64,000 nt of DNA from Mytilus californianus (GCF_021869535.1 NW_026262734.1:94426001-94490000), one strand, 5' to 3'; shown: positions 39,760-52,860, counted from the first letter of the stretch. The notes: generated by a model not told the origin, from the sequence alone. Program-made: numbers and translations.

Positions 39760-42700
39760 AACCTAAAGTTAATACCTGTGTATGGTGACCAAAGGTAACC
39801 ACATTCCAAATCTGTAAAGGGTGACCAGAGGTAATTTAAGTAAATATATGTATACGATGACCGGAGGTAATCTCATTCAATAATATGAAAGGGTTACCCA
39901 ATTCGAAATCTGTGTAGGGGGGCCAGAGGTAAACATATTTAATATCTGTGTAGAATGACCTGAGTTAACCACATTCAATACCATATTCAAAGTTTTGGTT
40001 GGGTGACCAGAGGTCACCCTATTCAATATCTTTGTAGGGTGACCAGAGGTAACCATATTCAATATCTTTGGAGGGTGACCAGAGGTAACCATATTTAAAG
40101 TTTTGGTTGGGTGACCAGAAGTAACCTTGTTCAATATATGTGTAGGGTGACCAGAGGTAACCATATTCAAAGTTTTGGTTGGGTGACCAGAGGTAACCTT
40201 ATTCAATATCTGTGTAGGGTGACCAGAGGTAACCATATTCAAAGTTTTGGTTGGGTGACCAGAGGTCACCCTATTCAATATCTTTGTAGGGTGACCAGAG
40301 GTAACCATATTCAATATCTTTGGAGGGTGACCAGAGGTAACCACATTCATCATCTTGGCAGTGTGACCAGAGATTACCAAAATAAACAGCTTACTAGTAG
40401 ATTTAATAAAGGTATCTACATTCAATATTTATGTATGGTGTCTAAAGATAAATAACTTTATATCTGTGTATGGCGACCCGAGGTTACCACATTCAAAAAA
40501 GGCAATTGCTATATATATATATGTGTGTGTTGACAATGGCAACATAATTCAATGTATGTGTACAGCGACCAGAAGTTGCTATATTAATTATAAAAGAAGC
40601 GCAAAAGTGTGAACCGGGATAACAGATGCTAACCAAATACATTATTTATGAATTGTAACCATAGGTAACATAAGCCAATTTATTGTAGGTTGACCAGAGG
40701 TTACCATGTTCAATATCTGTGAAGAGTAACAAGAGATAACCATACTCAATATTTTGTAGGGTGACCAGAAGTAACCACATTCAATATCTTTTTAGATGAC
40801 AAAAAAAAACCATATCCAATATCTTTGTTAGGTGACCAGAGGTAACCATATTCAAAGTTTTGGTAAGGTGACCAGAGGTTACCATGTTCAAAATATGTGT
40901 AGGGTGACCAGAGGTAACCATAGTCAATATATGTGTAGGGAGACCAGAGGTTACCACATATAATATCTTTTTAGGTGACCAAAGATAACCATATGCAATA
41001 TCTTTGTAAAGTGACCAGAGGTAACCTTATTCAATATTTGTGTAGGGTGACCAGAGGTAACCATATTTAAAGTTCTGGTTGGGTGACCAGAAGTAACCTT
41101 ATTCAATATATGTGTAGGGTGACCAGAGGTAACCATATTCAAAGTTTTGGTTGGGTGACCAGAGGTAACCTTATTCAATATCTGTGTAGGGTGACCAGAG
41201 GTTACCATATTCAAAGTTTTGGTTGGGTGACCAGAGGTCACCCTATTCAATATCTTAGTAGGGTGACCAGAGGTAACCATATTCAAAGTTTTGGTTTATT
41301 GAACAGAAATAACCTTATTCAATATATGTGTAGGGTGACCAGAGGTAACCATATTCAAAGTTTTGGTTGGGTGACCAGAGGTAACCATATTCAATATCTT
41401 TGGAGGGTGACCAGAGGTAACCACATTCATCATCTTGGCAGTGTGACCAGAGATTACCAAAATAAACAGCTTACTAGTAGGTTTAATAAAGGTATCTACA
41501 TTCAATATTTAAGTATGGTGTCTAAAGATAAATAACTTTATATCTGTGTATGGCGACCCGAGGTTACCACATTCAAAAAAGGCAATTGCTATATATATAT
41601 GTGTGTGTTGACAATGGCAATATAATTCAATGTATGTGTACAGCGACCAGAAGTTGCTATATTAATTATAAAAGTAGCGCAAAAGTGTGAACCGGGATAA
41701 CAGATGCTAACCAAATTCATTATTTATGAATTGTAACCATAGGTAATATAAGCCAATTTATTGTAGGTTGACCAGAGGTAACCATTTTCAATATCTGTAA
41801 TTGTTTACCAGAGGTTACCTTTTTCAATATTTGTGTACGTTGATCAGAGGTTACCACGTTCAATTTATGACCGAAGTTTACAAAATTAAATATTTAAGTA
41901 GGCTAACTATAGGTAACCAAATTAAATATTTATGCACGGTGACTAGAGGTAATCAAGTTTTCTATCTGTGTAAGATAAGAGGTAACCACATTCAAAATAT
42001 GTGAAGGGTGACCAGAGGTAACCCAATTCAGTATTTGTGTAGGGTAATTTGAGGTATTTAAAGTTCATATATGTATAGGGTGACCAGAGGTCACCAAATT
42101 CAATATTTTAGTAATTTATGTATGATTAATCATATTAAAACTCTTGCACAGTCATCAGTACATTTTCATTATTACCGGACTTAAGAAAGAACTCACACGA
42201 TGGGAGCGTTCAAGACATGATTAAGAAGATTCCTGTTGTTCCTTACTTTTTTAATGTTGTTGTAAATTTCTTTTGATATATCTGTTTACTCCTTGGTTTT
42301 GATTGTATTTGTCTTAGTAGGGTGACCAGAGATTACCAAAATCAAGACATATTTAGGGTAACAAGAGGTAGTTAAAGCCAGTATATAGGTTTTGAAACCG
42401 AACATAACTCAATTAAAAGTATTTGAAAGATGTCCAGATATAACCGTGATCATTATCTGTGTAGGATGGCAAGTTTATAACTAATTCAAACATCTGTGTT
42501 GGGTGACCAGAGGTTTCCATATTCAGTATATGTGAAGGGTGACCAGAGGTAACCATATGCAATATCTTTGTAAAATGACTAGAGGTAACCTGATTCAATA
42601 TATGTGTAGGGTGACCAGAAAGAACCATATTCAAAATTTTGGTAGGGTGACCAGAGGTCACCATATTCAATATCTTTGTAGGGTGCCCAGAGGTAACCAT

Positions 42701-43240
42701 ATTCAACATCATTGTAGAGTGATTAGGGTTAACCATATACAACATCTTGGTAGGGTGTCCATATATTACCAAATTAAACATCTAAGTAGGGTTATTAAAG
42801 TTAAATAAATTCAATAGTTATGCACAGTGTCTAAAGATAAAAAATAGAATATATGTGTAGGGTGACCAGAGGTCACCACAATTAATTATGTAAAAGGTGA
42901 CAAGGTGCAACAAAATTCAATATCTGTGAAGGCTTGCCGGGTTGACAAGAGGTAACCAAATTCAATATCTTATAATGTTTATTGCAATTCAATACATGTG
43001 TTGGGTGACCAGAGGTCACCACAATTAATTATGTAAAAGGTGACAAGATGTATAGAAATTCAATATCTGTTTAAGGGCCATTCAATATCTATATCTGTGT
43101 CAATTAATTAGAAGAACCACTGTAAATTTATCTGCAAAGGAAGTAAGGTTAATAAAGTTACTATGCATTTTGTATCAAATGACCAGTGTAACTATATGCA
43201 CTATTATTTTCTGTATAGGGTGACCAGAGGTAACCAATGG
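39760..43240 (-). repeat. Long 36-bp minisatellite array, reverse orientation, upstream of the transposase gene; includes an internal direct duplication with 1,080-bp offset
   Basis: Many gggtgaccagaggtaaccatattcaa units. The block aataaacagcttactagtag occurs at 40381 and 41461. Confidence 0.92.
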
Positions 43241-43723
43241 CAGTTTAAAGGTACCCGAGTTCGAGGCATACCATCTTTTTAGTTATATTTCATGAGAGTG
43301 CAATATAGGCCATTAGGTTATTTTTTTTTTTCTGAAAAATAAGCCATATCACTCGTTAATAGAGTTACAGATGAATCTTCTATGCATTTTCAATTGTTTG
43401 TTTTGAGTGAATCATTATGATTATTGATTATTTGTGTATTATTTTTAACTTTTTGTACCTCTCTCAACAGTATCCTTTGAAATATGGTGATTCCAGAACT
43501 TTGCATTAAGCTCATATCCGTATTGTATAACAGCAATTATAACCTGAGTATGCTGCACTGAGTATCCCCTTAGTAACGTACTTTCACTTTAAACCGGAAA
43601 TCATGTACTATTTTTTGTCGCGTATGGACTCAATTTTAACCGTTTCTGTTCAGGTGACCAGTGGGCACCGTTCAGCGTAACTATTATCCTTGTGACATGT
43701 CGATATATTTTATCTAACTCTAG

Positions 43724-43786
43724 TTTTTTGTCGAGCCTTCGACTTTAGTCGAAAAAGCGAGACATAGCGATCCTACATTCCGTCGT

Positions 43787-43824
<38 letters not shown>

Positions 43825-44423
43825 ACAAATATTCACTCTGTGGTTAAAGTATTTGAAGTTTTAATAACTTTCTTAAACTATCCTGGATTTCTACCAAACT
43901 TGGACAAGAGCTTGTTTATGATCACAAGATAGTATCCAGAAATAAATTTTGTAAAAAAAAAATTATTTTTTCCGTATTTTACTTATAAATTGACTTAGTT
44001 TTTCTGCTAGGAAACAATACATTCACTCTGTGGTTAAAGTTTTTAAGATTTCAATAACTTTCTTAAACTATCCTGGATATGTACCAAACTTGGACAGAAG
44101 CTTGCTTATGATCAAAAGCTTGTATCTCGAAGGAAATTTTGTCAAAATTTTGTACCTGTTTATCCGTATTTTACTTATAAATGGACTTAGTTTTTCTTCC
44201 AGTCAACATTACATACAGTATGCAGTTAAAGTTTTTAAAACATTTATTAGATCCATAAACTATCCTAGATTTATACCAAACTTGGACAGAAGCTTCTTAC
44301 AATCAAAAGATAGTATCGAGAGGAATATTTTTATTGATTTTTTTTCTCATTTTTGTTGAGCCTGCGATTAACAGCAAAAGTAGGCGAGACACTGGGTTCC
44401 GTGGAACCCTTACGAATTTTTTT
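43724..44423 (+). mobile_element. Non-autonomous Helentron-like (HINE-type) element
   Basis: T-tracts at both ends, 5' gtcgagcct motif echoed near the 3' end (gttgagcct), (GTC)n(GGC)n microsatellite, ~190-bp internal repeats (attcactctgtggttaaagt at ~43830 and ~44020) and a 3' hairpin gggttcc-gt-ggaaccc at 44394-44409. Confidence 0.7.
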
Positions 44424-45493
44424 ATCAGATGACAAATGAGAGTGTGGATAACATTTGATGTAGAATAAGAGTTCGAGTTCCAGCTAAATTTAGAGTTAAA
44501 CTTCCAGTTTTATTTTTTGTTCGAATATTAATTCGAGTAAGAGTTCTAGTTAAAGCTCGAGTTCCACTTAGAAACTTCCGAGTTATACTGTAAGATAGAA
44601 TAAATACTGGTAAGAGTTAAAATTTTGAGATCTGAGATCCGATGAAATTAAAAGAAAGATTTCAGTTTCTAATTTCTGTTGATGCACCTCTCTTTCTTGA
44701 ATTGTATATTCTTTTATCACATTTATGTTTCAGTATGGTATAGCCTATATACTTTTTTTTTGCCAAAACTGATTAATGATAGGTACATGTAATTGGAAAA
44801 TAACTGATTGATTGTGTGTGCCACTTTCAGCACTCTGCTATATCACATTGGCCATTATTTTTTAAAGAACCAAGGTATCAAGAGTAAATCAGCTACCTCT
44901 GTATTAAACAAATGGTTGTCCTTTACAGTCATGATCGGAATCTGACAATCTCCCTATATCACTGTTTGTTGACATGCAAGTGATCACATTGAGTGATGTG
45001 AACACGAACCAACATCTGAACTACTAGTTTTTGTTTTGTTTTTGTTTTCGTTTTTTTCTTGATTTTTGCAAACCTTTCAGTGGCAAATATCACATGAATA
45101 TCAGCACAAATTTTTTTTCTATATGAGATGAATACTCTTTCACAAGACGGACCTTAATGTGATGGTTACAGATTAGCACTCTGAAAGACATGTAACTCTA
45201 CATAAATACATGTGTGTGTATTAAATATTTCTCTTGTTGGAGTCTTGTAAAGCCAAATATACAGTGTGGATTTTTTGTTGTTGTTGTTGTAGGCAGTACG
45301 GTCATCAATAGTACAAAAATAACTAGGCATAGTGTTTGATATTCCCAGATTGCTCTGACGTCTTTTACAGTGATGTTTAACTGTCGTTATTCTTATATAA
45401 CGTTTGATATTTCAACAAATATGATTACTCTACGAATCACTCGTGTTCATGTGTTTGTGCCCCCATACCCCCCTTTCCCCCCAAAAAAAAGGA

Positions 45494-45497
<4 letters not shown>

Positions 45498-45577
<80 letters not shown>
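45498..45577. repeat. (GA)n microsatellite, ~40 units
   Basis: Uninterrupted AG repeat. Confidence 0.98.
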
Positions 45578-45580
<3 letters not shown>

Positions 45581-45779
45581 TTTGACACCAAAGGAACATC
45601 GAAACTCATTGTTCTTATTTACATCCCTCTGTTGGACAGAAAACTACAAATTCCGGAAGCTGTACGCTTACATGCTGTTACTCTTGGTATATTGTTATTT
45701 TTTCCAGTATATTCCCACCATATCAAGACCACTTTCGGCTATTTTTTTGCCATACATTTTGTCCGTTTCGAGTAGCATT

Positions 45780-45930
45780 TTCATTTTTTGCACTTAAATC
45801 AAAACGTCATTTGCTTTCTCTTGATTTAGTGAACGTCCCTTTGAGGCCGCCATTTTAGAAATTAGCAACCTTTACGACGGACTCGAAACGGCGACGTCAT
45901 AATACGGTCACGACTATAGTGGCGCCGAGA
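45780..45930 (-). promoter_or_regulatory. Possible CpG-rich promoter or TSS region (YY1-like AAAATGGCGGC on minus; CRE-like GACGTCA)
   Basis: gccgccatttt at ~45846-45856 and gacgtca at ~45894 lie in a locally CpG-enriched patch. No downstream gene could be assembled. Confidence 0.25.
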
Positions 45931-46564
45931 GCGATGCGTATAAACAATAGTGTGATTTCCCTTTAAAATAAAAAGTCAAATACTTTACCATGTTTTACTC
46001 TCAGACACAGCTGTGAACGAAGTTGTAATAATTTCGCAATTAAGCCAGACCTAATTAAATGAATATTATATTATTAACACTTTTATATAATATAGAAATG
46101 AGATATAAACAAACCTGTGTTATTACTCGTATACTTACACTAAGCAAGGAATTAGTATTGTCTATATGTCATATATCTTCATATTTGTATATTTGGAGAA
46201 AATTGTGTTCAACTTGGTAATGGATCATTAATAGTTTCTTTTTAATTTATGAACAAATAGTTGTTTAAGATCCCGTTTATTGATCTTTAGATGACTTTTT
46301 GTGATTTGTGTTGTTGGGTTGCTGTCTTATTAATGTTTAAACCAATATTTGAAAGAGTAAATGAGAAACTTAGTTACTTTAACCAAATTGGTAAAAAGTA
46401 AAATAACAAAAATATCGAACTCCATGGAAAATTCAAAACGGAAAGCTCAAAAAACATCAAACAAATAAATGACTAAGTAAGAACACAGTGAATGAATTAT
46501 ATTAAGTAAAACAAAATTATGTTCATTTTGAGAAAGCTATCATAGTAAATCTTAAGCACACTGT

Positions 46565-47290
46565 TTAACTTTTAACACTATAAATGAACGCACTACTGCT
46601 ACAATTTGAAACTATAAACTTGTTTTTAGACCTGACATATTGAAGAACTGTCGGATTAACGAGTCCATCTTCTTTTAAAAGAACTTGTCTATGATGTTGA
46701 TCATCAGGAGAGATGACCAAAAGGTTTTTCGTTTTTCGTCTTAGCACCAACGACAAAAATGTGTCCATCATTATCTACAGAAATTCCCAATGGAAAGCTT
46801 AAAGCACTTTTATCACTGAATGTCCATGTTATGTTACCTTGAATGTCCGTGTAGAAAAGCTTTTCATCAAATGTTGCAAGTTACACATGAGACAACATTT
46901 TGTTTGTCATTACACGTGTCACGGATTCGTCTTCAAGATTGATTGAATACAATCCATTATCGTTCTTATTGCCAGAATAGATTAAGTCATCATCTCTAAA
47001 AACAGCTCCATAGTTATCTGTTTCTATGCTTAATGACCTGATAAGTTTTCTGTTCTTTAAGTCAATTATGTTAATGTGTCTTGAGTCTTCATGACCCCCT
47101 GTGGTGAAAGCAATAGAATCATCTTCAATGTATGCAACGTCAAAAGCACGACCAATATTCTTCATTTCAAACTCTTGTGAACCTTCTGCTTTAAAAACGT
47201 TCAGTTTTCTTTCTGTATAACACGGGAACACCATTCTACCATCAGGGAGTACAGTACAACCTCGTACATTTGAGGGAGTGTGATATATAT
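46565..47290 (-). pseudogene. Degraded C-terminal beta-propeller (NHL-like) exon of the kind found in bivalve B-box/TRIM-like genes
   Basis: VRGCTVLPDGRMVF...RAFDVAYIEDDSIAFT...INIIDLKN...LYSINLED, then an in-frame TAA at 46881. The frame resumes as LATFDEKLFYTD...LSFPLGISVDNDGHIFVVG, shifts near 46730, then gives LLVISPDDQHHRQVLLKEDGLVNP...FIYSV. Confidence 0.75.
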
Positions 47291-47708
47291 AGAATAAATG
47301 GATCAAAATCAAATATGTTTCTTCATGTAATATTCTGCTTTCACTCTGTTATTTCCTTTAAATTAAAATGTATGTTATATGTATTATGTTTGGCCTTAAT
47401 ACACAACTGTAAAATGTTATAAGATTTTTTGTTTGTATTTTATATTAATTCCTGTTTTCCCCCGTTCCGTTTCGTTGTGTGTGTGTGTAGGTGGGTGGGT
47501 GAGTTTTTTTTTCTATTTTGGTCCTAGATGTACAAACAATAAGCTTCTGTTTTCAAGTGACTTTTTTGCTAACAATACATGGAAGGGAATATCCGACATA
47601 ATTATAAATTTCTTAATTTTTAAAATGCAATTTCTATTTTGTAAAAATGCAATTTCTTAATTTGTAAAATGTAATTTCTTTATCTGTATCATGTAATTTT
47701 TCCATTCA

Positions 47709-47989
47709 TTAAGGTGGTACATAACACTACAGGGAGATCACTCTGTAAACATCAGCTAAACGTTTTAATCACGTTCTATTGTTAAGGAAATGTTAAGTTT
47801 CTCAATGAACAAAATTAGTGTTTGTCATCTTGCTGTATATCCAATGAAATTTTCCGATAAAGTGTGTGGTTCAAGTTTTTTGAAATTTTTTTATTTTTGT
47901 CAAAGGGTGAAAGAAAATATTTTGTCAAAATTTTATGAAAATTAAACAAGCCGAATTAATTTTAGTCAAATTGTTTGGTACCACCTTAA
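47709..47989 (+). mobile_element. ~280-bp MITE, Kolobok-like (TTAA-flanked, GG...CC termini)
   Basis: ttaa|ggtggtac ... gtaccacc|ttaa. Confidence 0.75.
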
Positions 47990-49347
47990 ATGAATTTCTA
48001 AATTTCTTGATTTGTAAAATATAACTTCTAAATGTGTAAATGCAATGTCCTAATTTGTTAACTTATTTTCTTCGCTTGTTACATGAAATTCTACATTTCT
48101 TAAGTTGTGCATGTTGTGAAATGTATTTCTTTGTTTGAGTCACATTTTGGGAGAATGTGTCAGTGTAATTATTACCGCTGCCAGCTAATGAGAATTTCCT
48201 TTTTCAAGAAAAACTACAAGTTACAAATCAACAAGCAACCAATCAAGAATGAAATAGCTTCCACAAATTCCGCACGAGCGGGGCTCTCTTTCGTCAAATG
48301 AACATTATGTTACATACAAAAGTTCTTTGTAGCAAATTAATACTAACGACGGTATGAAGTTCTGGCCCCGCATCAATCCATCCTTAGCCTATCCGAAATG
48401 TATAATTATGGCGGATATTCCCTTCCATAACAATACGTGTTCCATTTAATATTGAAATACAATCCGAAAATGAAAAAAAAAAATATAGGAAAATCATTAT
48501 TTTCTTACAATCATGATTGTCGTCGTAAATGCAAGTGGTCACGGTTATCTGAATTTCGTGTTTTTACAGGTACAGCCCCTCCCCCTCCCCATATACCATG
48601 CCATACGGGGACTCTTAAACATGAAAAATCAAATGTTTGGTGGTTGAAATAGTACTTAGGATATAGTTTTGATATCGGATATATTATATAGCGAAGGTTG
48701 GAAATACTGAAGTAGTTTTAATATAAGTATTTCATCATTTGTTTTTGTAAGACTTTCATCGAACGCAAAACTATTACGTGTATCATCACGAGATTTCTTA
48801 TTGTGGTTAAAGCAAGAATACAATACAAATCGTTGCGAGGAAAGTGGCAATTAAAAACAGAAATTAAGTAAACATTTTTGCATTGATTCAACACGGATTA
48901 TCTCGTACTGTTAATCATTTGGTTGCTTACATTATTATGTGGATTGTCATTAAGTAGGACAGTTATCACTCAGAACATTTTTTTGCTTGTTATAATATAT
49001 GATCTTTTTAGTTCTTTTTTACAAACGGTATGATCTGTGATAAAACAAAGACATAACAGACAGCAACCAAAGACAACCACTGAATAACATGGTCCTGATT
49101 TTGTATAGGCATACAATACATAATGTGGCGGGGTTAAACATGTTTGTAAGCGTTCAACAGACAACACTCTCCTTACCTGAGACAATGGTGTAACTACACA
49201 AAATAAGAAAAACTGTAAAAACAGTCTGAAAAAGCAAGAACTTGTGAAATCTAAAAATAAAGTACATAAAATCGACAGGGTCTAGGACCATATCTATCAT
49301 AATTTAGAGTAAAACATAAATAGCTATGAATTAATTCATCATAAACA

Positions 49348-50234
49348 CAGGCACTTGTCTCTGAAAAAAAATTCCTATATACCATAATATAACACAAGGT
49401 ACTTAACTCGCATTTTTAAAAAATGTCACACGGTCGCGAAATTCCGTTATATTTCGATTTATCGGTTGTCAATCCCACTAAGACGTGTTATGCCGTAAAT
49501 CTGACTTGATTTATCTACACAATGATGTTTAACACGCCTACTTTTGTTGACGGAATCATTCGTAGCAGGCCTCCCCAAATATGTCAACCGTAATTATTTC
49601 GTCTACCAACAGCCGATTGAAAATATAAAACTCGCAATAAATGATTAATTAAAAAAAGTATTTCCAAACAACCTGTTAGTTTTTGTCTGAATATAACTTA
49701 TCATCCAGATAGTAAATTTGTAAAAGATTACGTGAAAAAAAACCTAACAAGTGTTATTTGAGGTATGTCTAATGAGTTTCAAGTTCTATTTTTAGACTCA
49801 AATTTTCTCATTCCATCAAAGTCAATCAGACTCTCTCTGGACTTTACATATAGAATGAGATAACTCCAAGAAACATTTATTTTTAACAATATACCTTCCC
49901 ATTAAATTTGACCAATCGGAAACCGAGATATATAAAGAGAGGGGAAAAATACCTTTTACTGCGAGTTTTATATTTCCAATCGGCTGTTGGTAGACGAAAT
50001 AATTACGGTTAAAATACTTGGGGAGGCCTGCTACGAATGATTCCGACAACAAAGGTAGGCATGTTATACACCATTGTGTAGATAAATCAATTTAGATTTA
50101 CGGCACAAGAAGATTTAGTGGGGTTGACAACGAGAAATCGAAATATAACGCAATTTCGCGACCGGGTGAAATTTTAAAAAAAATCTAGGTAAGTATTAAG
50201 GTATATAAGGTTTTTTTTCAGAGACAATTGCCTG
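49348..50234. mobile_element. Foldback-like element with ~290-bp inverted arms (49348-49641 / 49955-50234)
   Basis: For example gtaattatttcgtctaccaacagccgattg pairs with caatcggctgttggtagacgaaataattac, and cgtagcaggcctcccca with tggggaggcctgctacg. Confidence 0.8.
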
Positions 50235-52279
50235 CGATCATAAAAACAAAATTAATAGTACCAATAAAAAATTTATATTCAATAATCTTACTACGGTGTT
50301 AAATTGGTATCCTTTTAGAATAAGTTTATTCAAAGAATCTGATTTCTTTTAATATTAAGTTTATTAAAGGATCTGTAATGAAAATGAGGTCAAGGATAAT
50401 AATCATATTACAGACGAAATTTCGTCACACAACGCATCGATATAGAATGTATGAAGCATCCAGGTCCTTTACCTCCGGAAATATACAGATATAAAAATAG
50501 TTTACGCCGCTCCCGCCGCCACCATCGTATTGATGTCTCACATTCTGAGACTTGCGACGTAGGCGAGCCAAAAATCCTGCATTGTGGTCTCTGATCTAAG
50601 CCTGGTCGATCGGCTTTCAAACTAACAGTACTAGTAAACAATGAAACGTAATAGCCACTACAAAGTCGTATAAGAGAGGCGAAAGATCGTATAAATGTGT
50701 AGGCTTAAATTGTTCTTAAGTGAAATTTTGTTTTCATAACTTTGACACATCCCCTTCCTCTTTTTCACCATTTGCCGTACTTCTTATTTCCATAAAGCAA
50801 AGATATTCAATCCATTCTGCGATAATATTGCAAGAGTTTTGGAACAAAGAACAACTGTATGTGCTTCCAAACTCACCGAAAGAAAATTAGATATTTACAC
50901 AGAAAATGACGACAAAAACAATATTTTTGGCTGCAATTTATAAATGTTGTTATCTCAAAAACATCTCTAGAGTTCACTTGTTTCGAATATTATATAGAAA
51001 TTGTAAATTGTGAAATTGTAATGGGTTAAGGTCACAGCTGTATGAAAATTGTAAATATGCACCCTTTACGTGCAAATGTCAATCTCGAATCATATTTGGT
51101 AACAGAAATATCAAGTAAATAATAAATATAAAGACTATAATTGTTATAATTCTTTAAATCATTCGATTTTATTTCACTCTTGACGCATATATGTACATGT
51201 AGGGACGGCAAGGTGTCTGAATGTGATTCTGCGTTTTCCATGAAATTGTAGCTTTGACCTTTGACCTAAATTTAAGAAAAAAGTTGACCACTGTAGACAG
51301 CGATTTCAATAAGGCTTGTTCTCCTCTTTCCAATCATATAAAATAAGAGCCGTGTGTTATTCCGTTAACCCAACTCGATAAATTCATTGAGTGGGCACCC
51401 TACTTTTGTATCCAATCAAAAGTAAAACGTTGCGACATTGCTGTTAGCAATGAGCTAATAAAGTGCAAATCATGTCCTCATTGATATGTAAACGTGAATT
51501 GGCGAAAGCGATATAAGACAACATGAGTCTGTAGTCTGGTAATTTTCTTTGGTTGCAGTCTCAATAACTGTTTTTCGTTTACAATTTCAGAATAAACAGT
51601 TTTTATTATTTGAATAAACGCATTTACACTTTTGGTATTTAGCTGAATTTTGTCTCCGAATGACATTAGATCTGCTCCGAATAACCTTCTGACGTCAAGC
51701 AACAATCACTTTTTAATTGTGACGTCAAATTTTTTTATTAAATTGTGATGACAAATTTTACGGGAACTTGTGTGATTTTACGTAATGGCGGACAAACTTT
51801 CGTATAAGTGTAAATACTTCTTTTGTTTCGCATTTTGTCATCCGGAGCATTTGATATCTCTTTTTAATGCCAAAAGAGAATTAATAATGTTAAGGTTTTT
51901 CCTTTGATCTTGCGTACATAGTTGAAATATTGGCAATCATACCACATTTATTTGTTTAAAGCAACCCGTTTGTTGTAGTTGACGGATGCACTTTCTTTTA
52001 GAGTGTTTGTAAGGGAATTTGTTAATAAATATTAATTAAATCTTCGAAACCTTGATGTCCGCACATTATAGTTAATTGAACATTATTGTGCAAGTGATGT
52101 TTTATTGTGGTTGTAGCTCTTTCCATATTCCATATCTTTCTCTGATTAAATTCAGCATGTCATCAAATCATGTAAACGTTTTGATGCCCCTATCTTTTAT
52201 TTCAGGATTCCTTGCTACCGCACATGATATCGCTTTGAGTCTCAATTACTTCCTGCATGGCATATATTGAGGTAGGGTT

Positions 52280-52860
52280 AACATCGGGCATAGCTCAAAA
52301 TTCGTTTTAGATATCAAAAAATTTAGAACAAGAAATGATTGTAACAGAATGCTATTACGAAGTCTTCCAAACAAATTCCTTATAAATATAAACCCACGAG
52401 GATAAATTGAAAAAAAATCTGTTCGAAATCAAAGGTCAAGGTCATACTTGACCATTGACCTTTTGACATGAAAAATGCCATATGCTCCCATGGTCATTAC
52501 TGAAGATCCCATCTGTCTATCACTAGCTGTTCTCATGTTATAATCATTTGAAAATAAAAAGTTCAAAAATCCCATAGGGTTCTCTCGTAAACCTCCTTCT
52601 CCTTTCTGTTATCCCCTCAAAATACACCTTTAAAAACCTCAGTGCACAAAAAAACCCACTGATGGCACCACTAGACATGTTAGTCTAACAATTTGTGGAA
52701 TCCTAAGTTAATCTGAAAGGCGGTTTTGGAGAACTGCTGCGGACAAGTTTAAATTTGAAAAACTGGCGGAAGAAGAAGAGGTAAGAAGAAGGCGAATAAT
52801 AATCAGAAGAACTGAGCAAAACCAATAAGTCTCCAAACTTTGTTTTGGCGACATAACTAA
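52280..52860 (-). mobile_element. Fragment of a non-autonomous Helentron-like element
   Basis: ggtcaaggtca/tgaccattgacc motifs, and on the minus strand tttggagacttattggttttgctcagttcttctgattattattc with (CTT)n. Boundaries are approximate. Confidence 0.4.

Larger units (their letters stand above)
1190..43240. mobile_element. Putative giant Mutator-like (MULE/MuDR-type) DNA transposon with two convergent genes; minimum extent, termini unresolved
   Basis: Contains a MULE DDE transposase gene (minus) and a Ulp1 protease gene (plus) whose 3' ends converge at ~24.6-25.0 kb. The same 36-bp minisatellite bounds it in opposite orientations (1190-2110 forward; 39760-43240 reverse). No clean outer TIR or 9-bp TSD was found by eye, so the boundaries are inferred. 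Confidence 0.65.

Noticed and set aside
39760-43240. 36-bp repeats superficially resembling a CRISPR array
   Set aside because: Units are head-to-tail with no unique spacers, there are no cas genes, and the context is eukaryotic and spliceosomal.
45370-45797. ORFs containing poly-ER
   Set aside because: Translation of a (GA)n microsatellite.
50408-50641. GC-rich patch with a small hairpin (gtctca-cattc-tgagac) and a 77-aa ORF
   Set aside because: No recognisable protein or RNA family; it may be a UTR exon or repeat fragment but cannot be supported.
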